A stretch of 64,000 nt of DNA from contig NC_009635.1 in the NCBI RefSeq assembly GCF_000017185.1, positions 248,563-312,562 of the forward strand, read 5' to 3'. This document shows, in pieces, positions 45,910 through 57,359 of this stretch. The notes beneath the pieces were generated by a model. It did not search any database, had not been told where the DNA came from, and saw nothing but the letters and a program-made list of their open reading frames with translations. Made by a program: the position numbers and the translations under genes. Positions within the stretch are counted from its first letter, which is position 1; each line of letters begins with the position of its first letter. This DNA is from Methanococcus aeolicus Nankai-3 (GTDB taxonomy: Archaea > AGJL01 > Methanococci > Methanococcales > Methanococcaceae).

Positions 45910-46614
45910 ATGGTAACTTATATTTTTGGATTAATCGGATTATTGGTAGCGTCTATACAAGATATTAAAAGTAGGGAAATCGAAGATTATATTTGGATAT
46001 CGATGGTGATTTTTGGATTAATTTATAATATATATTTATCTATGGCAACCGGAAACTATTTCTTTATTATAAATTCAATTTTTGGATTCATAATATGTTT
46101 TGTACTTGGCTATTTGATGTTTTTATTTGGGGTAGGGGGAGGAGATGGAAAAGTATTAATTGGCATGGGGACACTTACTCCAAATTATGATATGCCAATT
46201 TATTCAACATTGGGAAATATACTTACCATAGGATACATCCCCGCATTTCCAATAATGGTTTTTATAAATGGTATGTTTTTTATGATATTTTTGCCCATAA
46301 TTATATTAATACAAAATTTATTGAAAGGAAATACGCCAAAAAATTTTAAAGAAATTATGGTGTTATCATTTGGAGAAAAAATGAAAGTTAGCGAAGCAAA
46401 AAAGAAAAATAGACTTATAATGGGTCGTGATAATGATAAAATTAATTTATTTCCTTCGTCAGAAGATGATGATTTTTCCAAGTATTCTGACGACGAAATT
46501 ATATATGTCACTCCAATGATACCATTAATTATTCCTATAACTATTTCATATATTATTACGCCATTTATTGGTGATAATATCATATACCTAATAATATCAA
46601 ATATAAAAATATAA
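45910..46614 (+). CDS. flaK: FlaK/PibD-like preflagellin (class III signal) peptidase
   Basis: Start reassigned to '[20 protein letters not shown]' at 45910. First catalytic Asp lies in '[13 protein letters not shown]'; the second lies in the 'GGGDGK' motif, comparable to GxGDVK of A24-family aspartyl peptidases. About 234 aa, polytopic. Confidence 0.7.
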   Translation: MVTYIFGLIGLLVASIQDIKSREIEDYIWISMVIFGLIYNIYLSMATGNYFFIINSIFGFIICFVLGYLMFLFGVGGGDGKVLIGMGTLTPNYDMPIYSTLGNILTIGYIPAFPIMVFINGMFFMIFLPIIILIQNLLKGNTPKNFKEIMVLSFGEKMKVSEAKKKNRLIMGRDNDKINLFPSSEDDDFSKYSDDEIIYVTPMIPLIIPITISYIITPFIGDNIIYLIISNIKI

Positions 46615-46708
46615 TTTATAAACAAATTAAAATAATGGGATAAAAAAATAATAAAAATATGCCCTGTTATTTTTAATGATTAATAGTATTTATAATATTA
46701 TATTTTAT

Positions 46709-47572
46709 TTACTTTATAGGCATATATCCTTCTTTCTTAACAATTTCCTGACCTTCTGGACTTAATACGAAATCTAAGTATTCCTTAGCAAGTCCTTTTG
46801 GTTCTCCATTTGTAATCATATTTAAGTTTCTTGAAACTTTGTATTTACCATTTTTAACATTTTCTTCCGTAGGTAATGCTCCTTCAAATTCAAGTCCTTT
46901 TACATTATTGTCAATATATCCTATTGAAAGATACCCTATTGCATTTTCATCTCCTTTAACTGCGGATTTCATATTTCCATTTGAGGTTACAACAGTTGCT
47001 CTTTCAAATATTTTTGATTTGTCAAGAGCTTTTTCAAAGAACACTTCTCTTGTTCCACTTTCTTCATCTCTTGTATATACATTGATTTGAGCATCATTTC
47101 CACCAAGTTCTTTCCAGTTGGTGATTTCTCCTGCATATATTTTTTTGATTTGTTCTTTTGTAATTGATTTTACTGGGTTTGCTGGATTGACTACAATTGC
47201 TACACCATCTAATCCAACTGGGTGAGTGATTAATTCAGGATATGTTTCTTTTTCTGCTGATTTTATCTCCCTTGAAGCCATTCCAATATCTGCCAATCCC
47301 TGCCCTGCGGCTTTAACTCCAACTCCTGAACCTCCGCCAGATACTTCAACTTTTACTTTTGGATTTTTTATCATGAACTGTTTTGCTGCTTCCTTAGCAA
47401 TGGGCAATACAGTTGTTGAACCTTCAATTTTTAAAGTGCCCGATAATTCGTTGGTTGTTGTGGTTGTAGTTGTTGTAGTTGTATTATTGCTATCTCCCCC
47501 TATACAACCACTAAATCCTACAAATGATGTTATAAGTAATACTCCGAATAATATGCCAATGAATTTTTTCAA
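46709..47572 (-). CDS. pstS: phosphate ABC transporter substrate-binding protein (PstS family), lipoprotein-like with poly-Thr linker
   Basis: 287 aa; 'GSTTVLPIAKEAA...VSGGGSGVG' PstS motifs; N-terminal signal with Cys ('FSGCIGG') followed by a T10 run. Confidence 0.7.
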   Translation of the reverse strand: MKKFIGILFGVLLITSFVGFSGCIGGDSNNTTTTTTTTTTNELSGTLKIEGSTTVLPIAKEAAKQFMIKNPKVKVEVSGGGSGVGVKAAGQGLADIGMASREIKSAEKETYPELITHPVGLDGVAIVVNPANPVKSITKEQIKKIYAGEITNWKELGGNDAQINVYTRDEESGTREVFFEKALDKSKIFERATVVTSNGNMKSAVKGDENAIGYLSIGYIDNNVKGLEFEGALPTEENVKNGKYKVSRNLNMITNGEPKGLAKEYLDFVLSPEGQEIVKKEGYMPIK

Positions 47573-47863
47573 TTCATCACCTCAATTATAATTATTGTAT
47601 TATTGTATGCGATTTACCATACATAACATGGCATATTTATTATTAACGCTGTTGTGTATTGCAGGTATATGCCTAAATAATCCTGTCGTTATACTAATAT
47701 ATAAATGTTTCTATTTTGTATTATTTAGTTCATATAATATGAATAAAAGAAATATTTAAAAACTATGAGCTATATAATATAGGTGCACATATAATTATAA
47801 GATAATATTAAAAACTATGAGCTACATAGTATATAGTTCCCATATCAAGAGAGGAGAAAAAAT

Positions 47864-50173
47864 ATGACATTAATCGCATGGTTAGATGACCTTTCAAATG
47901 AAGATGTGAATATTGCAGGAGGAAAAGGAGCTTCGCTTGGTGAAATGTGGAATGCGGGGTTGCCTGTTCCCCCAGCATTTGTAGTAACCGCAGAAGCATA
48001 TAGATATTTTATAAATGAAACGAAATTAAATAATAAAATAATGGAAGTTTTAGAAGGGCTTGATGTTAATAACAATGACGAATTAACTAAAAAATCAGCA
48101 GAAGTGAGAAAATTAATAGAATCTGCTGAAATGCCAACTGATTTAAAAATTGCCATTGTAGAAAGCTATAGTAAATTAGGGCAAATGACTGGTACTGATG
48201 AAACATTTGTAGCAGTTAGGAGCTCCGCCACAGCTGAGGATTTACCTGATGCAAGTTTTGCAGGGCAACAAGATACATATTTAAATATGAAAGGAGCTGA
48301 TGATGTAGTAGATGCCGTTCAAAGATGTTTTGCATCATTATTTACTCCAAGAGCTGTATTTTATAGGGAACAGAAAGGATTTGACCACTTTGAGGTTGCG
48401 TTAGCTGCAGTAGTTCAAAAAATGGTAAATGCCGATAAAGCAGGTGTTATGTTTACTGTAAATCCCATAAACCACAACTACGATGAAATTGTAATCGAAG
48501 GAGCTTGGGGATTGGGAGAAGGTGTTGTTAGTGGAACAGTTAGTCCAGATACATATATTGTTAGCAAGGATAAAAAAATATTGGATGTATATATTGCTAC
48601 AAAAGAAACAATGTTTGAAAAGGACGAAAATGGAATAACAAGAGAAATTCCAACACCTGATGAATTAAAAGATAAAAGAGTATTGTCAGATGAAGAATTA
48701 TTGAAATTAGTAGATAAAGGATTAGTAATTGAAAAACATTACAATAGACCAATGGACATAGAGTGGGCATTGGAAAATGAGGGCGTATATATGCTTCAAG
48801 CAAGGCCAATTACTACGCTAGATGAAAAACCAGCAAAAACAGGAGGGGGAGCAAAACCTCCAAGTTCAGAAGATGCTGGTGGAAATATAATTTTAAAAGG
48901 AATTGGAGCATCACCTGGAACAGCATCAGGAACTGTAAAAATATTAAATAAAATTGAAGAAATTGATAAAATTAAAGAAGGCGACATATTAGTTACAAAA
49001 ATGACAACTCCCGACATGGTCCCCGCAATGAAAAAAGCAAGTGCTATTGTTACCAATGATGGAGGATTGACATGTCACGCTGCAATCATATCTCGAGAAT
49101 TGGGAACACCTTGTGTAGTCGGAACTAAAAAGGCCACGGATGTTTTAAAAGAAGGCACCATTATCACCATAGATGGTGAAAAAGGAGTGGTTTATGAAGG
49201 AGAATTGGCTAAAAAAGAAGAAGCAGTTCAAGCCAGAGTGGTTTATCAGGGAGCTCCCCTTATCACAGCAACAGAAATAAAGGTAAATGTCTCTATGCCA
49301 GAAGTTGCTGAAAGAGCAGCCGCAACTAATGCGGATGGAGTAGGGCTTTTAAGAGCAGAACATATGATATTAGGAACAGGAGTTCATCCATTGAAAGTAT
49401 TGAAAGATAAAGGAGAAGAAGGTCTAATAAATGTATTTGCCGATGGAATTAGAGTTGTGGCAGATGCATTCTATCCAAGAACCATTACTTACAGAACCCT
49501 CGATGCCCCAACAGATGAATTTAGAGGATTAGAAGGTGGAGAGGACGAGCCAGAAGAGCACAACCCAATGCTTGGATGGAGAGGAATTAGAAGAGGATTA
49601 GACCAGCCTGAAATATTAAGATGTGAATTATTGGCAGTTAAAAAATTGCTTAATGAAGGATATAAAAATATAATGGTCATGATTCCTCTGGTATCAAGTG
49701 TAGATGAAATTAAAAAAGTTAGGAAGCTTGCGGATACCGTAGGTTTAAGACTTGGAAAAGATGTAGAATTTGGAGTTATGGTCGAAACTCCTGCGGCAGC
49801 TCTAATTATCGAAGATATAGTAGAAACTGATATCGACTTTGTGAGTTTGGGAACAAATGATTTGACCCAATATACAATTGCTATCGATAGAAATAACGAA
49901 TATGTTGCTAAATATTATAGGGAAAATCACCCTGCTGTATTGAAATTAATAGAGCATGTGATAAAAACCTGTAAAAAGAAAGGAGTAAAAACATCAATTT
50001 GTGGTCAAGCTGGAAGCAGACCTGCAATTGTGGAAAAACTCGTAGAATGGGGGATTACAAGCATATCCTCAAATATTGATGCCATAGATACAATTAGGCA
50101 GACTGTGGCAAGAACAGAACAGAGAATTATTCTTGACATTATAAGAGATAGTAAAAATAGAAGTGGATTGTAA
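47864..50173 (+). CDS. ppsA: phosphoenolpyruvate synthase (pyruvate, water dikinase)
   Basis: 769 aa; N-terminal 'NIAGGKGASLGEM', phosphohistidine domain 'GGLTCHAAIISRELGTPCVVG', PEP-utilising C-terminal domain. No intein is present (M. jannaschii has one here). Confidence 0.9.
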   Translation: MTLIAWLDDLSNEDVNIAGGKGASLGEMWNAGLPVPPAFVVTAEAYRYFINETKLNNKIMEVLEGLDVNNNDELTKKSAEVRKLIESAEMPTDLKIAIVESYSKLGQMTGTDETFVAVRSSATAEDLPDASFAGQQDTYLNMKGADDVVDAVQRCFASLFTPRAVFYREQKGFDHFEVALAAVVQKMVNADKAGVMFTVNPINHNYDEIVIEGAWGLGEGVVSGTVSPDTYIVSKDKKILDVYIATKETMFEKDENGITREIPTPDELKDKRVLSDEELLKLVDKGLVIEKHYNRPMDIEWALENEGVYMLQARPITTLDEKPAKTGGGAKPPSSEDAGGNIILKGIGASPGTASGTVKILNKIEEIDKIKEGDILVTKMTTPDMVPAMKKASAIVTNDGGLTCHAAIISRELGTPCVVGTKKATDVLKEGTIITIDGEKGVVYEGELAKKEEAVQARVVYQGAPLITATEIKVNVSMPEVAERAAATNADGVGLLRAEHMILGTGVHPLKVLKDKGEEGLINVFADGIRVVADAFYPRTITYRTLDAPTDEFRGLEGGEDEPEEHNPMLGWRGIRRGLDQPEILRCELLAVKKLLNEGYKNIMVMIPLVSSVDEIKKVRKLADTVGLRLGKDVEFGVMVETPAAALIIEDIVETDIDFVSLGTNDLTQYTIAIDRNNEYVAKYYRENHPAVLKLIEHVIKTCKKKGVKTSICGQAGSRPAIVEKLVEWGITSISSNIDAIDTIRQTVARTEQRIILDIIRDSKNRSGL

Positions 50174-50296
50174 ATATATTAAATAAAAAATAATAAATAA
50201 AATTTCTTTTTTTATCCTGAGCAAAGCGAAGGATATAGAAAATCCTTGTGATTTTTTTTATTTTTTTAATTTTATAGTATATGTTAATATATTATT

Positions 50297-50626
50297 ATGA
50301 CTTTAACAATTATAGTTGATTTTATGGATTTGCAAAATATAATAACAAAGGATAAAATAAACAATTATTTATATCGGACAGAAGAAGCAATATCAATAAT
50401 AAAAAAAGCAATGCCTCCAAAAAGAAGCTTGTTGTATGATGTTGCAGAAGATTATCTAAATATGATAGAATGCTATTTTAATGATGCAAACACATTTATA
50501 GAAAAAGGAGATTATATTAATGGGTTCGCATCTCTAAATTATGCTTATGGTTGGATTGATGCAGGAGCGAGATTAGGAATTTTTGATGTAGGAGATGATG
50601 ACATTAGATTTACACTGGCTAAATAG
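50297..50626 (+). CDS. conserved archaeal hypothetical protein (DUF357-like)
   Basis: 109 aa; '[20 protein letters not shown]' matches my recollection of the DUF357 motif. Confidence 0.45.
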   Translation: MTLTIIVDFMDLQNIITKDKINNYLYRTEEAISIIKKAMPPKRSLLYDVAEDYLNMIECYFNDANTFIEKGDYINGFASLNYAYGWIDAGARLGIFDVGDDDIRFTLAK

Positions 50627-50829
50627 CGAGACCTAATTAATAATAAATAAAAATAACAAACTTAAAAAATATTATAATAGAATTGTTCAGGAACATATTA
50701 TAGAATAAATGGCCATAATATGTCTACAAAATCAAAGATTTTGAATTTTCCTTCGGAAAATATGTCAATATTGTTGGTCATTGTGAATAAATTTTTTGAA
50801 CATATTATAAATTAAATTGGTGAGATTAA

Positions 50830-51171
50830 ATGACAAATTATCATGTAACATTACAAGCGCCTTATATTGTGAAGAATATTGAAGATGTTGAAGATGCCCT
50901 TGGTGTGGCGATATCGCATATAGGAAAAATATTGAATAAAAAAGGAATGGAATATGTGGATATAGATGTTGGGTTAACCATATGTCCAAAATGTGGAGAA
51001 CCTATTGATTGTGTTTTGGTGGTTGCAAGAACAGCGATTGTAGGAATATTGTTGTCTATGAAAATATTCAATGCCGAATCATCAGAACATGCTGTTAGGA
51101 TTGCAAAATCATCATTAGGTAGAACTTTAAAAGACATCCCACTTGAAATTGTGGACGTAGTAGAAATCTAA
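50830..51171 (+). CDS. UPF0212-family small protein with Cys pair
   Basis: 113 aa; '[10 protein letters not shown]' putative metal-binding; conserved methanogen family. Confidence 0.5.
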
Positions 51172-51263
51172 AAATATGGATGTTATATTATATTATATTA
51201 TATTATATATTAATTAAAGATTCAATATAAATATATAACATATTTTGGGAAGGGGGCGAAACG

Positions 51264-51647
51264 ATGGATGAAATTGATTTCGATTTTGTAATTGATAAAA
51301 TATCGAAGATTAAAGACGAATCAGTTAAAGCTGGGGTACTTTGTGAATTGGCGGAAGGGCTTATAAATTCAAACGATGACCAAGATGAAGTAATAAAAAG
51401 GTTGCTTCAGATGATGGAACTTACAGATGCATTTAAAGATGAAAAATACTCTTCGATAGTAATTGGGCAAATCGCATTGGTGAGTGCCAATATTATGGGC
51501 ATACCTTGTGATTCAGAGTTATATATTGGGATGCTGGAAGATAAAGAAGCAGAACTAGCATTTATGAAAAGAATAAAAGATGTAAAAAAGGAAATAGAAA
51601 AAAATACTAATTTGGATGACTTAGATTTGTCCGAATTAGAAAAATAA
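51264..51647 (+). CDS. hypothetical acidic protein
   Basis: 127-aa ORF; no recognisable motif. Confidence 0.35.
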   Translation: MDEIDFDFVIDKISKIKDESVKAGVLCELAEGLINSNDDQDEVIKRLLQMMELTDAFKDEKYSSIVIGQIALVSANIMGIPCDSELYIGMLEDKEAELAFMKRIKDVKKEIEKNTNLDDLDLSELEK

Positions 51648-51668
51648 TATATAATAATGCTTATTTAT

Positions 51669-52736
51669 TTAATATATTTTTATATCCAACACAAAAATAT
51701 GCTCTCTTGGAGAATATGATTTTACAATTCTTTTTTCAACTATTTCACAATTACATTTTGATTTAAATAAATTTATGGCTTCATTATAATCTGTTCCAAC
51801 AGTATAATAATGAATTATGCCATTTTTTTCAACCATTTTCAGTGCCGTATCTACAAATAAATGGGCAAATTTAGGAAGATTCATTATTATTCTATTACCT
51901 TTAACTTCTGTTTTTCTTATATCATTATTTATGGGTATTATTTTATGTTGGAGTTTATTTAATTTGATATTCTTTTTAAGGAGCTCCACGGCGTCTGGAT
52001 TTATATCTATGGCATATATCTTTTTTGCATTTTTACAAGCTATTGAGAAAGGACCAACTCCGCAAAACATATCCACAACAATATCCTCTGGTTTTACTTT
52101 TTCCATTATTCTCTTCCTTTCCCAGCCTAATCTCGGAGAGAAATAAACTTTTTCCACATCTACCCACAATCTATATCCATTTTCTTTATACATCGTTAAA
52201 GTTTTATATTCTCCTGCAAGGAGCTCCAATTCTCTAACTCGAAATTCTCCCAATATTTCGCTTTTTCTTCGATATACGGATTTTACAGATGGTATTAACT
52301 CTAAGGCCTTAGCCCCTATTTTTTTTGCAATGTTTTCGTCAATATTATCAGATATCTGTATAATTACAATATCTCCAATAATATCATAAGATAATACTAC
52401 GGCCCCATTTTCTATTTCTTTCTTAAAGTTTTTAAGTAAATATTCCCTAAAATTGAGTTTATTAGTTTTTGGATTTCCCAACATATTAATTTCAATAAAT
52501 TCTATATTATTGTATATTTTTTTTAAATTTTCCATAATAGATTTATCAATTTCAGTTTCGTCTGTGGAAATTATTGGAATAAATAAATAATTATCTTCTT
52601 TTTTTAATTTATAATTTTTATTAAGTTCGTTGTTGTCCAACAATATCTTTCTAATTCGTTCTCCTTTATTTGTGGGAACTTTGCAGCAAAGCACTTTTTT
52701 TGCTGTTATTGTTGTTTCTACTTCTGTTATTGTCAT
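51669..52736 (-). CDS. trm5: tRNA (guanine37-N1)-methyltransferase Trm5 / TYW2-family class I SAM methyltransferase
   Basis: 355 aa; SAM-binding 'VVDMFCGVGPFSIA', 'DINPDA', 'NLP' motifs typical of Trm5b. Confidence 0.7.
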   Translation of the reverse strand: MTITEVETTITAKKVLCCKVPTNKGERIRKILLDNNELNKNYKLKKEDNYLFIPIISTDETEIDKSIMENLKKIYNNIEFIEINMLGNPKTNKLNFREYLLKNFKKEIENGAVVLSYDIIGDIVIIQISDNIDENIAKKIGAKALELIPSVKSVYRRKSEILGEFRVRELELLAGEYKTLTMYKENGYRLWVDVEKVYFSPRLGWERKRIMEKVKPEDIVVDMFCGVGPFSIACKNAKKIYAIDINPDAVELLKKNIKLNKLQHKIIPINNDIRKTEVKGNRIIMNLPKFAHLFVDTALKMVEKNGIIHYYTVGTDYNEAINLFKSKCNCEIVEKRIVKSYSPREHIFVLDIKIY

Positions 52737-53113
52737 TATCTCACTTTTTTATAGTAGTGGTATTCAACAGTTTTTAAATTTATTCCTGTTATTTTTGCTA
52801 TTTCTTTTGGTGTTTTATTTTCTTTTTTAAGATTTAATATTATTTCTTTTTTGTCCGTAGGTCTTCCTGTCTGTGTATTTTTTGGTTTAATTGTAATTTC
52901 TATTTCTTCCAGTGCTTTTATTAGTTTTTTACTGGTTCTACCATACATAGACTTTGGAAGATATATATTTTCTATATCTGAGCTCTCCAAAATATTAATT
53001 GCTAAATCTTTTGTTAGTTCTTTATTAATATATAATTCTTCTTCCTCTCCGAAATCAGTATTATCAATTTTTTCAAGGAGCTCCCTTTTAGATTTTCCTC
53101 TTATTGTTATCAT
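52736..53113 (-). CDS. small HTH-containing protein
   Basis: 125 aa; C-terminal 'TPKEIAKITGINLKTVEYHY' resembles a helix-turn-helix; stop overlaps the trm5 start (TAATG). Confidence 0.4.
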   Translation of the reverse strand: MITIRGKSKRELLEKIDNTDFGEEEELYINKELTKDLAINILESSDIENIYLPKSMYGRTSKKLIKALEEIEITIKPKNTQTGRPTDKKEIILNLKKENKTPKEIAKITGINLKTVEYHYYKKVR

Positions 53114-53390
53114 AATATCTTTATATTTATATTTATATTTATATTTATTTTATAATTCTAACAGGTAGTTAAAACTTACTTTCAAACACACGATTTTAAC
53201 ATTATAACCAATATATTTATATATATTTTCCATTAATATTATATAATAAGTAGGTTTGTATTAGATAAAATCAACATATTAATATATAATAATACCATAT
53301 AATATCCATAAGAATTTAAAGTTTTATTCTTATTATTCCTATTATTATTTATTATTATTTAAATCCATTTAAAGAGATTGGTGGTATGTT

Positions 53391-54401
53391 ATGAGAGAAA
53401 TCATGATGTCAGAATGTAGCGAATTATTAATTAATAATGAGTATATAGTTTCACAGCCATTTAGTAGGTCATGTTTCGACATAATTGCTAAAAAAAAGAA
53501 CTCAAAATTCTTAATAAAAATATTGAAAAATATAGATAGTCTAAGTGTTAAACAGTCATCGGCTCTCTTAAAAATATCTAATTTATTAAATGCCACTCCC
53601 CTTTTAATTGGTTCTAGAACAAGAAATTATCCCATGGAAGAAGGCGTAGTTTATGAAAGACATAGTATAAAATCAATCACATATAATACATTTGAACAAT
53701 ATTTGAAGGGAGCTCCTCCAATGGTATATGCTGGAAGAGGAGGATTTTTTGTGAATATTGATGGAACAGAATTAAGAAGGATAAGGGAGGAGTTAAATAT
53801 ATCCGTTGGAGAATTAGCGGATTTTGCAAATGTTTCAAGAAAAACCATATACAAATATGAACAAAATATGGCAAATCCATCTGTTGAAGTTGCAATAAAA
53901 ATAGAAGAATATTTGGATAGTCCATTAATTAATTGTATGGAATTAAGCGCCAGTAATTTAAAAGAAAATCCAAAAAATACAGAGGATACCAAAAACAAAA
54001 ATGATGCCAAAATAAATAAAACCAATGAAGAAAATGAATTTAAATCATTGGTTATGAATATATTAAATGAATTAGGATTTAATTTAACAGAAACTGAAAA
54101 AGCACCATTTGATGTAGTTGCTGAAAAATACAAAGTGAAACAGAAGTATGAAGAAGAACCCAGATATAATCCATTATTATTAACAAATATAGAAGAAAAT
54201 GACAATGCAGAAATAAGAAAAAAGGCCATGATTGTTAATCAAATTTCAAATATATTAAATAGTTATTCATTAATGATATTGGAAAATAGCTCAAATGATA
54301 TGGGAAATATAAAAACTTTGAGTTTTAAGGAGCTTGAAAAAATGGACGATGCTTTTGATTTAATGGACTATTTATTGGATTCAAATAAAAATAAAAAATA
54401 A
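53391..54401 (+). CDS. putative HTH (XRE-type) transcriptional regulator, methanogen-conserved family
   Basis: 336 aa; central 'ISVGELADFANVSRKTIYKYEQN' XRE-like HTH; N-terminal 'CSELL...CFDIIAKK' domain as in MJ1164-like proteins. Confidence 0.55.
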   Translation: MREIMMSECSELLINNEYIVSQPFSRSCFDIIAKKKNSKFLIKILKNIDSLSVKQSSALLKISNLLNATPLLIGSRTRNYPMEEGVVYERHSIKSITYNTFEQYLKGAPPMVYAGRGGFFVNIDGTELRRIREELNISVGELADFANVSRKTIYKYEQNMANPSVEVAIKIEEYLDSPLINCMELSASNLKENPKNTEDTKNKNDAKINKTNEENEFKSLVMNILNELGFNLTETEKAPFDVVAEKYKVKQKYEEEPRYNPLLLTNIEENDNAEIRKKAMIVNQISNILNSYSLMILENSSNDMGNIKTLSFKELEKMDDAFDLMDYLLDSNKNKK

Positions 54402-54486
54402 TTAAGAATAAAAATAATTAATAATATATTATAGATATTGATATGTATATGTAGCTATATGGTTATAAAACATATATTTTATTTTT

Positions 54487-55137
54487 TTATTTATTTTTTT
54501 GGAATTCTTCCCAATCTTTCATAAAACTTTCTATTCCTTTATCTGTTAATGGGTGGTTGAACATTTTATCCAATACTGCAAATGGAATTGTAGCAACATC
54601 TGCTCCCATTTCTGCGGATTGAATAACATGTATTGGATGTCTCACAGATGCAACTATTACCTCTGTTGCTATTCCGTAGTTTGTGAATATTTGAACAATT
54701 TCAGCAATTAAATCCATTCCATTTTGTCCATTGTCATCTAACCTTCCAACGAATGGGGATACATAGGTTGCCCCCGCTTTTGCTGCCATTAGTGCTTGAT
54801 TTGCTGAGAATATAAGTGTTACATTTGTTTGGATTCCTTCCTTTGATAAAACATTTACGGCTTTTAAACCTTCTTTTGTCATTGGTATTTTTACAACCAC
54901 ATTATCTGCCAATTTTACCAATTCTCTTGCTTCCTCAATCATTCCTTCGGCATCTAATGCTATTACTTCTGCACTAACTGGACCATCTACGATAGAGCAT
55001 ATTTCTTTAATTACTTCATGAAAATCCCTTCCTTCTTTTGCTATTAGCGTTGGGTTTGTTGTAACTCCATCGACCATTCCTAAATCGTTAAATTCTTTTA
55101 TTTTATCCACATTTGCAGTATCTAAGAAAAATTTCAT
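54487..55137 (-). CDS. tal: transaldolase / fructose-6-phosphate aldolase family
   Basis: 216 aa; '[13 protein letters not shown]...[11 protein letters not shown]', Schiff-base Lys region 'VVKIPMT'. Confidence 0.85.
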   Translation of the reverse strand: MKFFLDTANVDKIKEFNDLGMVDGVTTNPTLIAKEGRDFHEVIKEICSIVDGPVSAEVIALDAEGMIEEARELVKLADNVVVKIPMTKEGLKAVNVLSKEGIQTNVTLIFSANQALMAAKAGATYVSPFVGRLDDNGQNGMDLIAEIVQIFTNYGIATEVIVASVRHPIHVIQSAEMGADVATIPFAVLDKMFNHPLTDKGIESFMKDWEEFQKNK

Positions 55138-55282
55138 AATTTCACCGTTCTTTTTTTATTTTGTAGTTATAAATATAATCATTTTTATATTAATTTTAAG
55201 ATATAAAAATTAATCTATTGCGTAGTGTAGTTTGGGAGCTCCCTAATATTATTTTAATATTATTTTAATATGGCGTTGCAAT

Positions 55283-56983
55283 TTATAAATTTTTTCCCAT
55301 ATATGCCCCAATTCTTTCATAACCTATCTTTTTATAATATTCTCTAACTCCAATACCGCTATTTATTAATATTTTATTTTTATTAAATTCTTCTTTTGCT
55401 ATTTTTTCAGCCTCTTTTAATAATAATTTTCCATATCCTTTATGTTGCCATGTTGTTTCTTTGTCCTCTGTTTCGGTTAATTTTTGCCCCTGTCCGCATA
55501 TATGGAGCTGTCTTATTAATGCCGTGTTGTTATCTATCTCTGGTCTAAATGGTTTATATGGAATTCTTAATCTAAGGTAGCCTATTAATATATCATTTTT
55601 GGTGTCTTCATACGATAAAAATATCTCTGTTCCACCATTTGCTTCATAGTCTTCCCTACAAAGTTTTATATCTTCTAATTTTGGTATTATTCCTTTTTTA
55701 TATATTATATGTCCAACTTCCCTACATCTTATACATTTACATTTTATATTTTGAGCCTCTAAATTTTTATATATGAGCTCCCCCAAATTACTTTTCCGAA
55801 CTCCTTCCTCAATTACCGTTGCAGGTATATCTCGCTGTATTCGTGAGGTTCTAACCCATTTTGGCATTATTGATTTTGCGTAGGTAATTAATTCTATTGC
55901 ATCATTATCATTTATTGGTTTAAATTCTCCTCTTTCATATATGTCATATAATTCAGTTCCTTTTATTACAAGACAGGGGTATATTTTTATTAAATCTGGT
56001 TTAAAGTTCGGATTGTTAAATATTTCGTAGAATAATTTTTTATCCAATTCTTTTGAAGACATTGGAAGCCCCGGCATAATATGGTAAGATATTTTTAAAC
56101 CACTATCTCTTAATAATTGGGTTGCTTTTATAGTATCTTCTACACCATGTCCTCTTTTTATATGATTTAATATGTCGTTGTATATGGTTTGAACTCCAAT
56201 TTCTACTTTTGTAGCTCCCAATTTTAGCATTTGGTTTATTTCTTTTTCTGTGCAGTAGTCAGGTCTAGTCTCCACAGTAAGTGCCACGCATCTATGTTTT
56301 GCAGTTTCGTTTATCTTCTGTGCTTCTTCAAGTGTATCGGATATTGTTCCATTTAAAGCATCTAAACAGCCTTTAACAAAGTTGTCCTGATATTCTGGTG
56401 GCCTAGATGGAAATGTCCCCCCCATTATAATTATTTCTACTTTATCGGTTGGATGTCCAACTTTTTCAAGCTGTTCTATTCTTTCCTTTGTTTGAATATA
56501 TGGGTCAAAATCATACATAATTCCTCGCATTGTGGCTGGTTCTTTTCCTGTGTAGCTTTGGGGTACTTCTCCAAAATTGCTGTCTGTTCCCCCTGGACAG
56601 AAAAAACATTTTCCATGTGGGCACTCATGAGGGGAGGTCATAATTGCCACAACAGCCACACCCGAAAGTGTTCTAATAGGTTTTTTTCTCAATATTGGGA
56701 CTATTATTTTTTTCTCCTCCTCCGTGGCATATTTTATTATTTCTGAATTTGGAGGAAATCCTATATTTAATTTATATTTCCTTAAACCTCGAGCTTTTAT
56801 ATCTTCTATCTTTTGTTTTTTCTTTTTTGGAGGTAAATTGTTTATATCTTTGCTATTTTCCATTAGTTTTTTAATTATATATAATATAAATTCTTTATAG
56901 CTTTTTTCATAGTTTTCATTATGATTTTCAGTATTTTTATTCAAAATCTTTGATTTTGTATTTTTAATATTCATTTTATTCAC
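55283..56983 (-). CDS. elp3: Elp3-family radical-SAM/GNAT tRNA-modifying enzyme
   Basis: 566 aa; radical-SAM Cys cluster 'CPHGKCFFCPGG', C-terminal GNAT 'QHKGYGKLLLKEAEKIA'. Confidence 0.85.
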   Translation of the reverse strand: MNKMNIKNTKSKILNKNTENHNENYEKSYKEFILYIIKKLMENSKDINNLPPKKKKQKIEDIKARGLRKYKLNIGFPPNSEIIKYATEEEKKIIVPILRKKPIRTLSGVAVVAIMTSPHECPHGKCFFCPGGTDSNFGEVPQSYTGKEPATMRGIMYDFDPYIQTKERIEQLEKVGHPTDKVEIIIMGGTFPSRPPEYQDNFVKGCLDALNGTISDTLEEAQKINETAKHRCVALTVETRPDYCTEKEINQMLKLGATKVEIGVQTIYNDILNHIKRGHGVEDTIKATQLLRDSGLKISYHIMPGLPMSSKELDKKLFYEIFNNPNFKPDLIKIYPCLVIKGTELYDIYERGEFKPINDNDAIELITYAKSIMPKWVRTSRIQRDIPATVIEEGVRKSNLGELIYKNLEAQNIKCKCIRCREVGHIIYKKGIIPKLEDIKLCREDYEANGGTEIFLSYEDTKNDILIGYLRLRIPYKPFRPEIDNNTALIRQLHICGQGQKLTETEDKETTWQHKGYGKLLLKEAEKIAKEEFNKNKILINSGIGVREYYKKIGYERIGAYMGKNL

Positions 56984-57061
56984 CGTGGAGCTCCATTATA
57001 TTCATATCAATATTATATGTACATAATGCGTTTAAAAAATTTATTTAATAATGTTAAATAT

Positions 57062-57113
57062 AAAATTATATAAATAATATAAAATTATATAAATAATATA
57101 AAATTATATATAT
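57062..57113. repeat. about 2.7 copies of a 19-bp AT-rich tandem repeat (AAAATTATATAAATAATAT) in the elp3/rpoE divergent intergenic region
   Basis: Direct reading of 57062-57113; units contain TATA-like cores. Confidence 0.6.
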
Positions 57114-57359
57114 GATAAAAGAAATAATATGTAGTAATTAGTTAATAGCGTAAATATAAAATATAATAATTATATTAACATACTATTTTAACAACATTTA
57201 TTATATGAAGTTATATACTACTTCTTTTTTATGGTATATTTAATCTAATGTAATATTAAATACAATAGATATAAAAAATATACTTTGTATTTCTAATGTT
57301 CTTTATATATACTATGTTTTAATTATTTAATTAATATTAATTTAATTAGAGGTGATTAC

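Noticed and set aside
47864-50173. Possible intein in PEP synthase, RadB or aIF2-gamma, as seen in Methanocaldococcus
   Set aside because: Gene lengths are canonical and catalytic motifs are contiguous; there are no insertions.
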